From NCBI GenBank assembly GCA_951406725.2, contig CATOCA020000014.1:1-64000 (forward strand): 64,000 nt of DNA, written 5' to 3'. Each line of letters begins with the position of its first letter. The first letter of the stretch is position 1. Shown piece after piece: positions 60,614 through 64,000 of the stretch. The position numbers were made by a program, and so were the translations under genes. The notes beneath the pieces were generated by a model, which had not been told where the DNA came from, searched no databases, and saw nothing but the letters and a program-made list of their open reading frames with translations. This DNA comes from Octopus vulgaris. Its lineage: Eukaryota.

Positions 60614-61086
60614 TACACAGAGAGAGAAAAACACAGAAAGAAGGAGAGAAAAAAATGCGTGCAGTAGCTAACGAATCAACATGGCGATCTGATTTCGGCC
60701 AGAGGTCAAAGATCAAACATGAGACGCGAGAGCGAAATAAGGGGAGATAATGGGGTTGAGGGACCAGCTAAAAGTGCGTGGGAGGGGTCTGGATGTGTGT
60801 ATGTATAGGGTTGGTGTATGTATTAGTATGTATAAGGGTGTGTGTGTGTGTGTGTGTGTGTATGAGAGAGTATTAGTGCGTAGGATTGGTCTGGACGTGC
60901 GTATGTATGGGGTTGGTGTATGTATTAGTATGTATTAGTATGTATTAGTACGTATTGGTATGTATAGGTGTGTGTGTGTGTGTGTGAGAGAGTATAAGTG
61001 CGTATGCGGGGTCTGGACGTGTGTATGTATAGGGTTGGTGTAAGTATTAGTATGTACTAGTATGTATTAGTACGTATTAGTATGTA

Positions 61087-64000
61087 TTAGTTGGTGTGTG
61101 TATTAGTATGGCACATCATATGTGATGTGATGTGTAAAGTCATGTGGTGTAGTGAGGAGAAGAGGGGAGGGGAGAGGGGAGGGGAAGGGGAGGGTGAAGA
61201 GGAGAGGATGGGGAGAAGGAAGGGGAGGAGAGGGATGAAGGAGGAAAGAGGGAGAGGGGGAGATAGAAGGGGAGAGAGGGAGTGAGGGAGCAGAGGGAAG
61301 GGGAAGAGGGAGGGAGAAAGGGAAGAAGGGAAGGGGAGTAGGGGTGAAAGGATGAAGGACTGAAGAAGTAGGGGTCGGGGGAGAAAGGATAGGTGAGGAG
61401 GGGGAGAGGGGGTTAGATGAGGAGGGGGAGAGTTGAGACCAAATGGCGTATAAGAGCGAAGAGAGAAGATTAATTCCTGTTCACGGCGCAAACGGGAATC
61501 CGGATGGCCTCTGTGTAAGGACAAACCGAACACAGATAGGTGTTGCAAGGAGTGACCGGTGGAGCGGAAATGGCGTGAGACCGGTGTGTCGTTCGCAAGG
61601 TGGATGTCACGAAGGTGTTCCGCGAACTGGTCAGCCAAGCGGCGTCCCGTTTGTCCGATGTACAAGGAATTGCAGAGAGAGCAAGAGATGCAATAGATAA
61701 TATTGCTGGAGGTGCAGGTGAAGGAGTGGATGATGGGATAGGGTCGATGGTGGGTGCTAGTGAGGCGGGTGGTGTTGGAGAGGTAAGGGCAAGTGCGGCA
61801 ACGTGGGCGGGAGCAGGGGAACGAGCCGGGTTGGGAGGTAGGGTCAGGGAAGGAGCTATGGACCAAAAGGTCTCGAAGGTTGTGGGCTCGTTTGAAAGAG
61901 GGGAGGGGTCGGTTAGGGAAGAGGTGTGAAGTGGACGGGTCGGACTGGAGATGACGGAAAGCTCGAAGAATGGTGCGTTGGAGACGTAGGGTCGTGGGGT
62001 GGTAAGTGAGGGGAAAAGGGAGGCGGGAGACTACAGGGCGGGTTCGGGGAGAGAGAGCAGATACACGGTCCACGGACCGTGCTCTGGCAAGGGCGGTGTG
62101 GATAGTGGTGAGGGGGTATCCACGTAGGGTGAAGTGGTGAGCCATACGTTGAGACTGAGTCTCAAAGTCATGGTCGTCACTACAGAGCCTACGTAGACGG
62201 AGGAATTGGGAATAGGGGATGGAAAGCTTGGTGTGTTCTGGGTGGGAGGAAGAGAAGTTGAGGTATGAGTGTGAGTCTGTGTGTTTGTAGTGAATGGAGG
62301 TGGTAAGAGTGGAGTCAAGAATGCTAACCGAAATGTCGAGGAAGGAGACAGAGGTGTTGGAGATAGTGGAAGTGAAGTGGAGGGCTGGATGGAAAGATTG
62401 GACGAAAGAGAGGAAGGAATCTAGATGTTCGCGGGAGAGTGAGGTGGCACCGATAATGTCGTCAATATAACGACCATATAGTTCAGGAGTGGGACCAGTG
62501 AAAGTAGAGAATATTTGGGCCTCAACATAGCCAACGAACAGGTTCGCATAGTTGGGGCCCATTCGCGTTCCCATGGCCACTCCCGAGACCTGATGGTAGA
62601 ACTCGCCCGCGAACGAGAAGCAGTTCAGAGTAAGGACAAGTTCGGCCAGACGAATGAGTGTGGAGGTGTCAGGTACAGGGTTAGAGCGGAGGTCAAGAAA
62701 GTGTCGAAGGGCCTGCAGTCCTTCGTGGTGAGGGATAACAGTATAGAGGCTTTGAATGTCCATAGTAAAAAGGATTTTGGAGGAGCCGGGAGGAAAGGAG
62801 AAAGAGTTGAAAAGCCGGAGAGCATGGTTGGTATCGTGGATGTGGGAGGGAAGAGATGCCACTAGGGGGGCAAGGACACGGTCGAGGTATTTAGAGATGA
62901 GCTCCGTGGGGCAGTTACAGGCGGAGACGATGGGGCGGCCAGGGTTGTTGGGTTTGTGGATTTTGGGGAGGAAGTAAATGGTGGGGGTACGTGGGGTTCG
63001 CACAATTAGGTTGGATGCGGTGCGGGGGAGACGGGAGGACGAGATGAGGTCTTGGACAGTAGAAGATACCGTCTGTTGGTAGCTACGTGTGGGGTTAGAG
63101 GGCAGAGGGGAATAGAAGGAGGTGTCATTGAGTTGGCGGAAAGCCTCGGCCCTATAGAGGTCCGCGCGCCACACCACTACAGCTCCACCCTTGTCAGCCG
63201 GTTTGATGATAATGTCAGCGCGCCGTTGGAGGGAACGAAGAGCCAAGAGCTCAGCCGGGGAGATGTTGAGGCGGCGTTGGCGCCTGGAGAAGTTGAACCG
63301 CTCCAATGCACGCTGACAAGCGCCCGCGAAAAGATCCACTGCTAGGATCTGGCCAGGGGCAGGCGTCCACGGGGATGGTCGGCGGCCCAGGCCAGTGAAG
63401 CAGTCGTCCTCTTCGTTGGGTGTGGGTGGCGAGTCGTGGTAATGCGCACCCAACCGGACACGGCGTACAAAGCTGTGGACATCAACTCGCGTCTGGAATT
63501 CCTTACAGGATGGAGTGAGGGGGATGAAACGCAGACCCCTACCAAGGACGGAGCGTTCAGCCGCAGAGGGGGGAAGATCGGGGGGAATGGTAACAACAGA
63601 CGGAAGTGGAGAAGGGGTGGGTGGAATAGAAGTAGGAGGGGTGGTAGGTCTCGTGGAGGTCTGAGGGGGAGGGATTGGGGAGGTGTGTGGGGGGTGGTTG
63701 GGCGGGGCAGTAGGGTTAGGTGTAGGTGGATGGAGACTAACGGGAGGGGAGAAGGAGTTGTAGGGAGGGGCAGTGGGGTTAGGTGTGGGTGGATGGAGCC
63801 TATCGGGAGGGGAGAAGGGTGGTGGAGGAGTTGGGGTAGTGGCGTCGGGTAGGGTGGAATGGAAGAGTGATTGGAGTTTACGAAGTTTGGTATCAGAAAG
63901 AGATTGATGGAAGAGTTGATTCAAATGGATAATGAAGCGTAGCGTGTTTGGAGCATAGAGAGGCGGCAGAGAGGAGAAGAAGGTGGAGAAAGCAGGAGGA
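61087..64000 (-). CDS. Penelope-like polyprotein: reverse transcriptase and GIY-YIG endonuclease (frame open to the window edge)
   Basis: IKPADKGGAVVV, YFLPKIHKPNNPGRPIVS, TMDIQSLYTVI, GVAMGTRMGPNYANLF, RYIDDI, FLDI, CSRPRCRTC and NIIYCISCSLCNSLYIGQT..EH..RE..GLN. Confidence 0.94.
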   Translation of the reverse strand, partial: PPAFSTFFSSLPPLYAPNTLRFIIHLNQLFHQSLSDTKLRKLQSLFHSTLPDATTPTPPPPFSPPDRLHPPTPNPTAPPYNSFSPPVSLHPPTPNPTAPPNHPPHTSPIPPPQTSTRPTTPPTSIPPTPSPLPSVVTIPPDLPPSAAERSVLGRGLRFIPLTPSCKEFQTRVDVHSFVRRVRLGAHYHDSPPTPNEEDDCFTGLGRRPSPWTPAPGQILAVDLFAGACQRALERFNFSRRQRRLNISPAELLALRSLQRRADIIIKPADKGGAVVVWRADLYRAEAFRQLNDTSFYSPLPSNPTRSYQQTVSSTVQDLISSSRLPRTASNLIVRTPRTPTIYFLPKIHKPNNPGRPIVSACNCPTELISKYLDRVLAPLVASLPSHIHDTNHALRLFNSFSFPPGSSKILFTMDIQSLYTVIPHHEGLQALRHFLDLRSNPVPDTSTLIRLAELVLTLNCFSFAGEFYHQVSGVAMGTRMGPNYANLFVGYVEAQIFSTFTGPTPELYGRYIDDIIGATSLSREHLDSFLSFVQSFHPALHFTSTISNTSVSFLDISVSILDSTLTTSIHYKHTDSHSYLNFSSSHPEHTKLSIPYSQFLRLRRLCSDDHDFETQSQRMAHHFTLRGYPLTTIHTALARARSVDRVSALSPRTRPVVSRLPFPLTYHPTTLRLQRTILRAFRHLQSDPSTSHLFPNRPLPSFKRAHNLRDLLVHSSFPDPTSQPGSFPCSRPRCRTCPYLSNTTRLTSTHHRPYPIIHSFTCTSSNIIYCISCSLCNSLYIGQTGRRLADQFAEHLRDIHLANDTPVSRHFRSTGHSLQHLSVFGLSLHRGHPDSRLRREQELIFSLRSYTPFGLNSPPPHLTPSPPPHLSFLPRPLLLQSFILSPLLPFPSSLSPSLFPFPLLPHSLSPLLSPPLPLSSFIPLLPFLLPILSSSPSPSPPLSPPLFSSLHHMTLHITSHMMCHTNTHTN

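Larger units (their letters stand above)
60477..64000 (-). mobile_element. Penelope-like retroelement (Neptune-type); its 5' part extends off the right edge
   Basis: RT plus GIY-YIG ORF, a Cys-rich linker, and a 3' region with a hammerhead motif abutting (TA)n. Confidence 0.92.

Noticed and set aside
61087-61420. About 110-aa Pro/Ser/Leu C-terminal extension of the Penelope ORF
   Set aside because: PLE ORFs normally end just after GLN. A TAA lies at 61413-61415 in the adjacent frame behind a C-rich run, so this is likely an indel read-through into low-complexity UTR.

Overview
Repeat-dense eukaryotic DNA, very probably from a coleoid cephalopod (Octopus-like); this is inferred from the kb-long (TA)n tracts, the RTE LINE family with (GAT)n tails and the SINE families. 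Two host genes lie head-to-head. TTC36 is on the minus strand, with three clean coding exons in the window and no last exon found. A TICRR/Treslin-like gene is on the plus strand, with four downstream exons and a first exon that lacks its N-terminus and is cut off exactly where a 1.44-kb nested palindrome begins. The rest is mobile DNA: the 5' part of a CR1-like LINE whose ORF1 has Myb/SANT-like and CCCH domains; a full-length RTE LINE with a PHD finger inside its RT and only two homopolymer frameshifts; degraded RTE and R4/Dong-like LINEs; mariner and pogo relics; a composite Merlin element with an 8-bp TSD; a nearly intact SPIN-related hAT with an 8-bp TSD; a TIR element inserted in (TA)n; SINEs; and a Neptune-type Penelope-like element with a minimal hammerhead ribozyme. 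All long IY/TY-rich and poly-K ORFs are microsatellite artefacts. Homology calls rest on motifs recognised by eye, not on database searches.
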